Shown here piece after piece: positions 22,641 to 33,651 of a stretch of 40,865 nt of DNA. Numbering within the stretch: position 1 is the first letter of the stretch; every line of letters starts with the position of its first letter. The position numbers were made by a program, and so were the translations under genes. The DNA is taken from assembly GCF_001194135.2 (NCBI RefSeq), contig NC_069003.1, forward strand, positions 23,007,977-23,048,841, given 5' to 3'. Source of the stretch: Octopus bimaculoides. Its lineage: Eukaryota. The notes under the pieces were generated by a model. The model was not told where the DNA came from. It did no database searches and saw only the letters and a program-made list of their open reading frames with translations.

Positions 22641-23964
22641 GGGCGCGGCTGTGCGCACCATTTGCTCTGGGGTATTTGGACCAGTGCCCCTCCCCTCCAT
22701 CTTCTGCTTAATTCCACTTTTTTCTTTTCCTTTTTCTTTCTTTTCCTTTTTCTTTCTTCCTTTTTTCTGTTTCTTTGTGGTTAAATGTTATAATTTACAA
22801 TGTGATCAGTCGGAAGATTTTTGATTGCGATTTTATCTGTTGTGAAGTGGAAAAGACCACGTGATTACTGTTTATACATTATACAATCACGTGACGTTAC
22901 TCTGCAGACATGTTTACACAGTCTTGTGACATAACTCTTGACGCTTTTCGCTGATTCTATTTTCTTATAAGTTGAATGGATGTCGTTTATCTTTCAATAA
23001 ATATTGTTTCAGAATCTGTCAGAATATCTGTCTGTCTGTCTAGATACATACATACGTACATACATACATTCATACATAATTATCGAAACACACGCCAAGG
23101 TCACGTACACATATAATCACGAGTGGACATAGACATCCACAAACTCGCATATCCACAAAGATGTACTCACGTACACGTGCATACAGAAACACACATATTC
23201 TTTCATTGGCTTTGTATAAGGTAGGGAGGGAAGAGAAGAGGAAGAAAAGTGGGGTAGCTGGGGGTGAGCCAATTATTATAAGAAGTTCGCAATCGGCATA
23301 AGAAATAAACGTTGGCTATACGATTAAGAGCGAGAGAAGTGGCTACAATGGCGAGATCAAAGGAAGCTTGATTCAGAATGAGGAAAATGGGGTTAGGCCA
23401 GTCGAGTCCAAAGAAGACACATAAATCATAGCGGACCGAGAATTGGGATGAAGAGGATAAAAATGAAGAGACGTAGTCAGGGTAAAGATATAAATATTAT
23501 GAAATGTGTCAGTCGGGTCGAGTATAAAGATCGATGATACGGGAAGGAGAAAGATCAGACATATGTCACGACACACTGGTAAGAGAGAGAGAGAGAGAGA
23601 GAGAGAGGAGAAAGGGGGGAAAATACTAGCGGGCGTGTGCAAAGGGCGAAAGCTTTCCCAAGTGAAGTAAAATATAGCGGTTTAGTAAATAATGAATGTT
23701 AAGGAGGAAGAGTAACAAAAGGAAAAGGTAGTGAAGAGAATAGAAAGGTTTAAATAATTTGGTCACAACCTAATAATTCATGGTAATCAGGAAAAGTTTT
23801 GTAATAACGATAGAGACACGTCAGACGTTCTCACGTTATATTCCGAGGGATTCATGACAAGTTGATTACATGATACACAACTGCTCTCGTATACAGTATT
23901 CCAGTATCGATTATGAATCAAGAAATATCATGAGAAATACTTTCAGCTTTGATGTACAGTAGGC

Positions 23965-24883
23965 TACGAGAACGTAGCTAGTTTACAGTCTCTGCTCGAG
24001 AAAGAGCGAAGATGTGCAAAACATCAGCACATGTGTGCAGCGTTTCAGCTGCACTTCGCCCAACTCTTTGGGACAAATGGAAGTCCGGACTTCAGTGTCT
24101 ACCTCGACGGAATATCACGACTCTCGGAAAATGGGGTGGAATGTTGCGAAATGTCAATAATAGCCACGGAAATACGGGATGCAATGCCAAGTTGCACGGG
24201 GGCCAAACTGCCTGGTTTGGATGGTCTGCCCTATGAGTTTTACTTCTATATGCTAGACTTATTTGGTGGCCTTTGGACAGATATCTACTACAACTATCAG
24301 CAGGACGGGAGAATTCCTAATTCTGTGAGTCGAGGAGCGGTGGCACTGCCAAGAAAGAACCCAAAGAATACAAAATTTTAGGCTTATAACACTCTGAACG
24401 CAGACTTCAGAATTCTAGCCAAGGTGATAGAAGAGAGGTTGGTGCTTGTCGAGGAACTGATTGGTGATGAGCAAACAAGCGCAATCCCAAGCAGATCCCT
24501 CAACGATAACCTCCACCTCATTTGATACATCATAGACAGTGAGCAAGAAACCTGGCATGGGTGGGACCCTGATCAATTTGGATCAATCTTAAGCTTTCGA
24601 TAAGGTCGACCACCAATACAACAACCGGTTTCGGTCCCGTTTTCCATTGTTGGATCGCTGCAATGTACTGCGACATTTGCTCGGTAGTTCGGGTGAATGG
24701 TTACCTATCGGAACCATACAACATCAATGTCTATCAAGGGTGTTCCCACACGTCTCTTCTGTATGTACTGGCTCTTGAGCCATACTGCTTAAATTGGAGG
24801 CCTTGCGTGGACTACGATGTGAGAGAAACATGTCAGCAGAAGCAGATGACGTCACAATCATAGTGTTAATCAGCAAGCACATA
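23965..24883 (+). pseudogene. L1/Tx1-clade ORF2 reverse transcriptase fragment (domains 0-5), disrupted
   Basis: EIRDAM..KLPGLDGLPYEFY, TLNADFRILAKV, EQTSAIPSRSLNDNLHLI, AFDKVDHQY, VNGYLSEP..QGC..LLYVLALEP, SAEADDVTIIV (YADD decayed to EADD). Confidence 0.92.
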
Positions 24884-25320
24884 ATAGCGCTCCAATCACT
24901 CACTAATACTAATGAGCTTGATGTCCCCAGGAAAACCTTCAAGCATCTGAAGAAATCTGGCCGCCCAGCCCCCTTCGGAGCACAAATAGCAACTAGTCTA
25001 AAAGCACTACCTTCGCTACTACTCACGTCCAGGTCCACCAACTTACCTTCCAGATCCAGGAAGATCATCCGTACCTTGAGATCCAGTCCTTTCCCGAGCA
25101 GCACTGCCACCCCGCCTACCATTCCAGGTCGACTAAGACATGCGTAAATCTCAAAATCGCCCAAAATGGGAGCAAAGGTGCGCGAGTCGGAAACCCTGGT
25201 TTTGCTGACGGCTATCACATCCAAACGTAGCGACCTGAGGTCAATGAGCAGGTGTTCCTGCTGCTTCCAGGATGACCCCAGGGCACGAGTATTTATACTG
25301 CCTATCCTAAGCACGGTCAT
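24883..25320 (-). pseudogene. L1/Tx1 ORF2 N-terminus: APE endonuclease, truncated
   Basis: MTVLRIGSINTRAL..DVIAVSKTR..GGVAVLL..FRLVAICAP..LVLVSDWSAI (cf. GDWNAI); ATG at 25320. Confidence 0.9.
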
Positions 25321-25499
25321 GTTATACACTGGGAGAGTAAGAAAGTAGGAGAGAGCGACTTACCGAGTTTTTGTTGTGGAGGAGAGGTGGTACATTCTCC
25401 GTCCCTCTGGCTGGGTGTAGGTGTCTTCCCCAGCATGTCATTGTAAGGTCCTTTATTACATGACTTTTAAAAATCTCATACAAAGTCAGGATATTTATT

Positions 25500-27016
25500 T
25501 TTTAATGTGTTGTGTTTTCTGTTGTTTTGATCATTTTTATGTGTTGTGGTATGTTAGTGTTGTCTCTTAGTGCAACGAGAGTGATCTGGTTAATGTCTTG
25601 CGTTAATGTCTTGTTTTCTGTGTTTACGGCAGTCAAGTTTATAACTTCTGGTTTTTGTTTGTTTGATGGGGTGTAGTTTAACTCTTGTTTGTATAAATTA
25701 AATAGCGTCGGTGATGGTTGCAGAGATAACGATGATGATGTTATTATCTGTAGAACTGTTGTTGGGGGTGGTGTGTTATTGTTGTTTCTACTGTTATCCA
25801 TCTCCGTGTGTTCAAACCTATCAGTCTTCCCTGTTCTAGTGGCAGCAGTTTTTTTTTTTGTCTTTTCTTTTCTTTTCTTTGGGAACTATTTACCAATTCT
25901 GTTCCTCTCCATTCCCTTCATTTTCGTTGTCTGAAAAGGGAAGGGGAATGTCTTGCGGACGTTTTTGGTTCTTTATTGAAATTGTCGTTCTAGTTGTTGT
26001 TCTGGGGTTTCCTGATTGCTCCGAATACGGGAAGGGCAAGTCTTGCGGAGCTTTGTGTACTTTGTCTGTTGATAAATTGTGTGCCGTTGTTTTTTGGGGA
26101 TCCTGATGCTGTTGTTTTTGCTGCTGTCGATGTTGGTTGTTTCTCTGCTGTTGTTTCCACCATTGTTCTTGGAGTTGTTGCTGCTACTGCTGTCAGTGTT
26201 TCTGTGACCGCTGATGCTGCTACTACTGTTGTTTTTGCAGCTGCTGCAGCCTGCTTCTGCTGTTGCTGTTATTTATTTATTTATGTTGTTGTTGTGGTAG
26301 TGGTGGTGGTGTGTGCAAAAGTGCAGGTTTCTCTTCTTTCTTTTGTTGTGGGCAGAAAGCCTCTCGATGGTTTGTGTCCCCGCACAGGTGACATCTTGAC
26401 TTTCTGCCCTCGACAACTACGTGTAGTGTTGAGCCATCCAGCAGGCTTATATAACCCGGGATATTTTCCACACTTTGCTGGTCAGGTTGTATTAGTAGCT
26501 GCATCCCCTGAGCTAACCAGTTTTGCTTGTGTATCTTATGGATTTGCAGAATCTTGGTTTCCTCGTCTATGTCCAGCAGCTACTAATCAGCAGAAGTTAA
26601 TTTCTGGTGGAATATTAAGTATTCTGATTCGGTATACTCTACGCCCCAGGTATGTAGGTAGGTAGGTAGGTATGTATGTAGGTAGGTATGTAGGTAGGTA
26701 TGTATGTATGTATGTATGTAGGTAGGTAGGTAGGTATAAGAATTATTTCTTCACTCGTCAGGGTAGCTGTCGCGTGTTCTTTTGCTTTCTCCTCTGATGC
26801 GAACCTCACCTCGACAGCCTCATACTTCTTCCCCCTAATCACGTACGTTTTGCTCTTCCACACCGGTCGTAGGAATTTCTCTACTTGTTGTGTCGCCTGT
26901 TCAACTTTTCTGTTTCTTGCACCAATTTTTTTATATAGGACTGTCTCCAAACTGATTTCATGCTGGACAGTCCTAGGAATGTTTAGCGCCACATTTCTGC
27001 CACATTTCTGCAGCAA
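25500..27016 (-). pseudogene. L1/Tx1 ORF1 (gag-like) with CCHC zinc knuckle, frameshifted; putative 5' UTR to ~27330
   Basis: YEAVEVRFASEEKAKEHAT..IPTY[repeat]LGRRV..; CHLCGDTNHREAFC fits C-x2-C-x4-H-x4-C; low-complexity tail; lies directly upstream of the EN on the same strand. Confidence 0.82.
26649..26736. repeat. (TAGG/TATG)n tetranucleotide microsatellite inside ORF1
   Basis: Interrupts the coding frame between IPT and YLGR. Confidence 0.93.
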
Positions 27017-27504
27017 AAATGATAGTGTTCAGTATGTCGGAGACAGGAATTTCTGTCAGAGACATGGTTAAGCAAAGTTGTACATAATCTCCCTCTTTCT
27101 CTCACATACCCATCTTTCTCTCTCTTTTATTATTACTCTCACTGCCACCATCGACACTACTACGTTTGATAAAGCACCACCAACTCTCTCTAAATTCCTT
27201 TGTCTCTCTTTCTCTCTCACTCTCTCTCTCTCTCTCTGTCTTCGCCACCGCCCTCACCGTCTCTCTGCCTACTATTACTCTCACCCCATCATGAGGAATA
27301 GTAGGAGTGTCACTGAATAGTGAGAGAGGAGGGCTAAGTGTGGTACACTGACTCACAAATTAGTTTTCGCCTTTATTATATTATATTATATTATATTAAA
27401 TTATATATATAGCCCATTTTCCTAAAAGTTCTCTTATGTTCATCGATTTGCCTTCATTTCTTCTCTCTCTCCCCCCTTTCTCTATCGGTCCCACTTTATA
27501 TCGT

Positions 27505-27852
27505 CTTTACCTTCTTAGTTCAAATTCCGCTTTCGGGGGTTGATAAAATAAGTACCAGTCAAGCACTGAGATCGATGTAATGGACTTGCCTACTCAACTG
27601 AAATTGCTGGCCTTGTGCCAAAATTTGAAATCAATAAGGCCTCAAGCTTGGTAGAGTCGTTAGCACGCTGGACAAGATACGTAGCGGGATTTCGTCCGCT
27701 TTTACGTTCTAATTTCAAATGCCACCGAGGTCAACTTCACCTTTCATCCTTTCGGGGTCGATAAAATAAGTACCAGTTGAGTGTAGAGCCGATGTAATTG
27801 GATTATCATCTCCCCTGAAGTTGCTGGCCTTGTGCCAAAATTTGAAATCATT
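27505..27852 (+). mobile_element. Two head-to-tail SINE family B copies (first internally deleted)
   Basis: Tail TTTGAAATCAAT is directly followed by the AAGGC head of the next copy at ~27636. Confidence 0.8.
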
Positions 27853-28431
27853 ATTGTTACTATTATTTCGCTTGTTTTTTTAGCGGTCACTGTTGGATTT
27901 TCCCCTTCTGCTCTCATTTCTAATTTCTCATTCAGAAATTCTAACTCCAACTTTTCTTCAATAAAGTGCGCACGCGCGCGTACACACACACACACGCACG
28001 CACACAGAGTAAAAATAGCAAGTACCTTTATACCCATTTATACCATTTTATATACAATATTGCATTCGTAGATTTAAATTTATAGATAATCTTTAAGACG
28101 CCATTTTATACTTCCGGAAGACTGCAGCTTGTGAGTGTTATTGTCACATTTATTTGGATTTATTTTAGGTGATTACTTTTTCTTGGCCAGTTGCTTAGTT
28201 TCTAATCTGCACCAGCTTCCGCTTGAATGCAAGTAGTAGTCAGTATTGTCGTCTCGAATTTTTTGCATATTCTTCCTTAGACGAATATCTAACAGCCATT
28301 GTAGCAGGACATTAACGTTCCAGAAATTAAAGCAATTGAGTTGTTTGATAGTAATACATTAAGTTTTCTATTCATAACACTCAGTGGGATGATATTGTAG
28401 GTGAACCCTATGAATATTATCATGATTGGCA

Positions 28432-28859
28432 AGACTGCGAACGGGTAGATTCGTTAGCACGCCGAGCAGAATGCTAAGCGGTATTTTTATCTGTCTTTAT
28501 GCTCTGAGTTCAAATTTCGCCGATGCTACGACTTTGTCTTTCATCATTTCGGGGTCGATGAAATAAGTACCAGTTAAACATCGGGGTCGATGTAATCGAC
28601 TGCCCCCACCAAATTGCTGGCCTTGTGCCAAAATTTGAAATCAATATTACCATGCTTGGCAGAATCGTTAGAACACCGAGCAAAATGCTTGGCAGCATTT
28701 CGTCCGTCTTTTCGTTGTGAGTTCAAATTTCGCCGAAATCGAACTTTACCTTTCATCCCTTCGAGGTCGATAAAATAAGTACCAGTTGTGCCCTTGGGTC
28801 GACGGAATCGTCTTCTCCCCTCTCTCAAACTTGCTAGCCTTGTGCCAAAATTCGAAACC
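28432..28859 (+). mobile_element. Two tandem SINE family B copies (28432-28642, 28662-28859) with three target copies
   Basis: Flank repeats at 28413-28431, 28643-28661 and 28860-28877. Confidence 0.85.
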
Positions 28860-29104
28860 AATATTATCATTTTTGCACCGAGCATAGAATGCCTGCTCAG
28901 AACTGTAAGCCAACTGCCAGTTATACAGTATTCCTGTAATATAACCGCTAAGTAGGCCACACCACCTGTATAAGATAGCCACAAATAAAATTACCGTACA
29001 TCTGTAAGATAACCTTTAACTATGCCATTACTCCTCTAATTTAACCGTCAGCTATACAATAACCACGGAATATAATCACTCATTATTCACCACCTTTGTA
29101 AGAT

Positions 29105-29252
29105 AGATTTCAGATTTTAGTACTAGGCCAGCAGTTTCGCGGAAGGGTGTAAGTCGACCCCGGTGGAATGTGGACTCAGAGCGTAAAGTCGGATGAAACG
29201 CCGTTAAGTATTTTGCTCGGCGTGCTAACGAATCTGCCAGCTCACCGCCTTG
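29105..29252 (-). mobile_element. SINE family B with internal deletion
   Basis: Tail and head present; the core between the two AAGTCGA words is absent. Confidence 0.75.
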
Positions 29253-29289
29253 ATACTCTTGTTAGATAACTCTCAAATATTCAATTTTT

Positions 29290-30011
29290 ATAATGCAAAA
29301 TATAATCTTCTGCGATTCGCTCTGCATCTCGAAAACGATGTTAAAACGGCGACCCTTGAGCTGCATTTTCATCTTGGGGAAGAGATGGAAGTTCGCAGGT
29401 GCTAAATCTGGCGAATAGGGCGGGTGTGGAAGCGTTACCATGTTGTTTTTGGCGAGAAACCCATGAGTGAGGAGAGCTCGGTGACAAGGTGAATTCTCGT
29501 CGTGACGAATCCAATTCTTCGCGCTCCACAGATCCACAGGTTGCTTTGGCCTAATGTCCTCCCTAAAACGCTTCAAAATGTCGCAATAGAACTTCCGATT
29601 GTTGGTCTGGGCCGGAAGGGACGAATTCTCGATGCACAATACCACATTTTCTGGGGGTGACGCTCGTAGCAGGCCTTTCAGATAGCTCATCGTCTTTCAG
29701 GGACGTTCTTCCGCTTTTGAGGTGCCCGTACCGCTTGGAACATCCCGTACGACCCATTGATTTGTTGCCCTAAGCATACTCAGTGTCTCTATAGGACTCA
29801 ATGTCTCTATAGCAGACTTCTAGAGTTTAACGCAAAATTCCACGTTGGATCTTTGTTCCTGCCCGTAACAAAATCGCAGACTACATCATACACCTAGTCA
29901 TAAAAACATAAATTTCACAACTTGCGAAGTCACCCGGCACACTGCCTCGCAATTGTGTGTTGCTATTTGTTGGTGCGCTACAAAAAATAGTCCAGGAAAT
30001 TATTGATATCA
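29290..30011 (-). mobile_element. Mariner (Tc1/mariner) transposon, internally deleted and 3'-truncated
   Basis: EQRSNVEFCVKL, GRTSLKDDELSERPATSVTP fused to GIVHREFV; FYCDILKRFRE..WIRHDENSPCH..LPHPPYSPDLAPANFHLFPKMK..LKGRRF; TIR-like GATATCAATAATTTCCTGGACT at ~29990-30011. Confidence 0.92.
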
Positions 30012-30113
<102 letters not shown>

Positions 30114-30269
30114 CTCCCCCAACAGAAAACTGGAAAAATATTTTTACTTGGTTGCTGTATGTACTGAATCGTTTACAGGAACTTCAGTTTAGTTCTCTGC
30201 ATGTAAGGAAGTCTTTCTTATAGCCAGCAACGTAAATCCGTAGGTACTTGGATTCATTGATACATGAAT

Positions 30270-31150
30270 TATGTACCATCGGCGAAACAAATTATTCGAT
30301 GGCTTCCATCTTCATTGTTTGTCATGCATTTAGTCTTCTTTACATTGTGCAACAGACCGATTTTAGCTACAACATTTTCAAGGGCTATCAAGTTTCCCCA
30401 CATCAAAACATTGTGAAGCAATAAGAGTAAGACCATCAATATAGTGAAGGTTAGACAGATATTTGCTCTGCTATCGTCTTGATCAATTCTCCTTGATGGT
30501 GAGGCTTTTGTTTTTGCAGGAGTCAAGACTTTATCTGAGGATGTGGTCCATAACACTCACGAAGAGTAAAAAAAATCTCGGATGTTTCCTTGAAAAATTC
30601 TTACTCTTGTTGTAAATTGTTTAATTGAGTTTCTGTATTTTAACTCAAAGCTTGATAGATTTTCGTACATGATATGAATGGATTTGACCATCTCATCTGC
30701 GACACCATAATTCAACACGATATGCAACAAGGTCTTTCTGTTGATTCTATCATATGCTTTGAGGAAATTCTCAAAACCGATTGATGCGTTTTACTTGGAT
30801 ATTCTGAGCTCTTCTGCAAAATCTGCCTTTGTGGTATCCGTTTTTGTTCCGCCTCAAAATAGGATTCATGTGAAGGTAAATTCTATTAAGAGGCATAGTG
30901 TTGTAGATTTTTCAGCTAAAACTGAGTGTAATTTTTCAGTAATTCTGAGGTTAGGGAAGATCATCTCTCTTTGGAAGAAGAATAACTGTAGACTTTGAGA
31001 AAGCTGTTGGTTTTCTTTTTATAGGTTTTATGTCAGAAGTCCAACAAGTGGTTTTGAAAGAGTGGATTATTCCAGACGATGTATGTTGTTATCTGGATCA
31101 GATGTCTTCTTGATTCTTAATCCTTTTTAGGTGAAAAATTAGTGTAAATG
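30270..31150 (-). mobile_element. RTE-clade LINE RT fragment, decayed
   Basis: AEKSTT/KIYNTM..NRI, ENFLKAYDRINRKTLL, VMDHIL, ALENVVAKIGLLHNVKKTKCM match RTE RT domains. Confidence 0.8.
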
Positions 31151-31329
31151 ATTTTATTTGATCAGACGTAACCAACACAAGCGGATACTGCCAGTTTCTC
31201 CCCTTAAATGGCCCATCTTTTCCGCTCACCATATTTAAAATTTCAACATGTCTCTGAAGAACCATAGAATTTGTAATGGAAAACAAGCAATATTTACCAG
31301 CGTTAGCTACAACCGATCAAATCAAATTA

Positions 31330-31373
31330 GAAGTATGTATGTTTGTGTGCGCGTCCGTATGTGCGTATGTATG

Positions 31374-31430
<57 letters not shown>

Positions 31431-31450
31431 TGTGTGTGTATGTGTGTGCG
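31330..31450. repeat. (TATG)/(AT)/(GT) compound microsatellite
   Basis: Direct inspection. Confidence 0.9.
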
Positions 31451-31645
31451 TCTATGTGATTATGACTAAACATATGTACACTTTAATAATGTGATGCACT
31501 ATTCCATTTTCATCTCTATTATTGAATTACGTATATTGACAGAAATAGCAGTTTCCAAAGACATTTAAACTTTTGCCGTTCAAAACAGTTTTGATAGAAT
31601 GAAATCAGGCTGTTAACCCATTATAAATTTTATTCTGTTGTAATA

Positions 31646-31862
31646 TTGATTTCAAATTTTGGCACAAGGCCAGCAGTTTCGGGGGGAGGGTTTAAGACGA
31701 TTACATCGACCTCGGTGCTCAACTGGTACTTATTTTATCAACCCCGAAAGGGTGAAAGGTAAAGTCGACCTCGGTGGAATTTGAACGGAGAACATAAAGA
31801 CGGACGAAATGCCGCTAAGCATTTTTCCCGGCGTGCTAACGATTCTACCAGCTTGCCACCTT
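31646..31862 (-). mobile_element. SINE family B (copy 1 of triad)
   Basis: Full reverse-complement copy. Confidence 0.9.
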
Positions 31863-31893
31863 ATATTCCATTGTAATATCAATTACAAATTTT

Positions 31894-32080
31894 AAAGGCA
31901 GCGAGCTGGAAGAAACGTTTGCATGCTGGGCAAAATGCTTAGCGGTATTTCGTCTGTCTTTACGTTCTGCGTTCAAATTCCACCGATTTCGACTTTGCCT
32001 TTCACCCTTTCGGGATCGATAAATTAGGTACCAGTTGCGTACTGGGGTCGATCTAATCAACCGGCCCCCTCCCCCCGACC
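31894..32080 (+). mobile_element. SINE family B (copy 2 of triad, inverted, 3' tail missing)
   Basis: Flanked by perfect direct repeat CAATTACAAATTTT at 31880-31893 and 32081-32094. Confidence 0.9.
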
Positions 32081-32294
32081 CAATTACAAATTTTGGCACA
32101 CGGCCAGCAATTTCGGGGGATGGATTAAGTTAATTACATCGACCTCAGTACTCAACTGGCCCTTATTTTATCGACCCGAAATGATGGAAGAGAGAAAGTC
32201 GACCTCGGCGGAATTTGAACTTCGAACGTAAAGACGGACGAAATGCCGCTAAAGATCCTGTTCGGCGTGCTGACGATTCTGCCAGCTCGCCGCT
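32081..32294 (-). mobile_element. SINE family B (copy 3 of triad)
   Basis: Reverse-complement copy whose tail is interrupted by copy 2. Confidence 0.88.
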
Positions 32295-32812
32295 TTATTC
32301 TATTGTAATATTGCGTTCTATTCACAGCTTTGCAAATAACTAAGAATAGATTTAAAGCATGCAGTATTATGAATATTATTTATGCTGTAGCATAGCATGC
32401 AGTATAATGAATATTATTTAAACTGTGAAAAGCATCAAATAAATAACCATGAGCTACATCATAAATTATACAAGTTGTTACTGTCTTGAAATCATTCACT
32501 ACTAACTATATATCTCCTTTCTCCTATGTAACGTTTAAATCACTTATTTTTTATGTCTCATATATCAGAATGTGAGACTATTATTAGAATTTGGTGATTC
32601 ATGGTATGTAAAGATCTTTGTAATTTTGTAAAAATAAATGGCTGATTCAGTAAAAAAAAATATAAATGATTTAATAAATTTGATTTGTTAAAGTTCATAA
32701 ATGATTAAATAAGATAAATTAAATTGATGATTGAATCCATCATAAGTTTAGATGATTAAATAAATGATTAGAAAAATGTTAAACGGCTTCTTAGAAAAGG
32801 AATCACTTATAT

Positions 32813-33419
32813 TGATTTCAAATTTTGGCACAAGGCCAGCAATTTCAGTGGAGCGGGCAAGTCAGTTAAATCGGCCCATTGTTCAGTTACTCTTTTACTT
32901 GTTTCAGTCATTTAACTGCGGCCATGCTGGGACACCGCCTTTAGTCGAGCAAATCGACCCCGGGACTTATTTTTTGTAAGCCTAGTACTTATTCTATTGA
33001 TCTCTTTTTATCGAACCGCTAAGTGACGGGGACATAAACACACCAGCATCGGTTGTCAAGCAATGCTAGGGGGACAAACACATGCACACATACATATATA
33101 TATAAGCATGTATACGACGGGCTTCTTTCAGTTTCCGTCTACCAAATCCACTCACAAGGCTTTGGTCGGCCCGAGGCTATAGTAGAAGACACGTGCCCAA
33201 GATGCCACGCAGTGGGACTGAACCCGGAACCATGTGGTTGGTAAGCAAGCTACTTACCACACAGCCACTCCTGCGCTAATTGGTAATATTTTATTGACGC
33301 AGAAATAATGAAAGGCAAAATGGAGATCGGCGGAATTTGAACTCAGAACGTTAAGACGGACGAAATGCCGCTAAGCATCTTGCCTGTCGAGCTAACGATT
33401 CTACTTGCTCACCACCTTC
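32813..33419 (-). mobile_element. SINE family B interrupted by a family A insertion
   Basis: Tail half 32813-32887 and head half 33279-33419 rejoin as ..GTTCA|ATTGGTA.. (consensus GCTCAACTGGTA). Confidence 0.82.
32888..33278 (-). mobile_element. SINE family A, full length, nested in B
   Basis: Low divergence; no evident TSD. Confidence 0.95.
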
Positions 33420-33434
33420 AGGAACCATTAATAT

Positions 33435-33651
33435 CGGTCTCAGATCTTGGTTGAAGGTCAATAGTTTTGGGGCAGGAGGTAAGTCGATTACAACGACCTC
33501 AGTGCTCAACTGGTATTTGTTTTATCGACCGCGAAAGAAACGAAAGGCGAAGTGGACCTCGGCAGAATTTGAACAAAGAATGTAAAGACGGACGAAATAC
33601 TGCTAAGCATCTTGTCTGGGGTTGCTAACGCTTATGCCAGATCACTGCCTT
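33435..33651 (-). mobile_element. SINE family B in tandem with the previous copy
   Basis: Flanked by AGGAACCATTAATAT and AGGAACCTCTAATAT. Confidence 0.85.
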
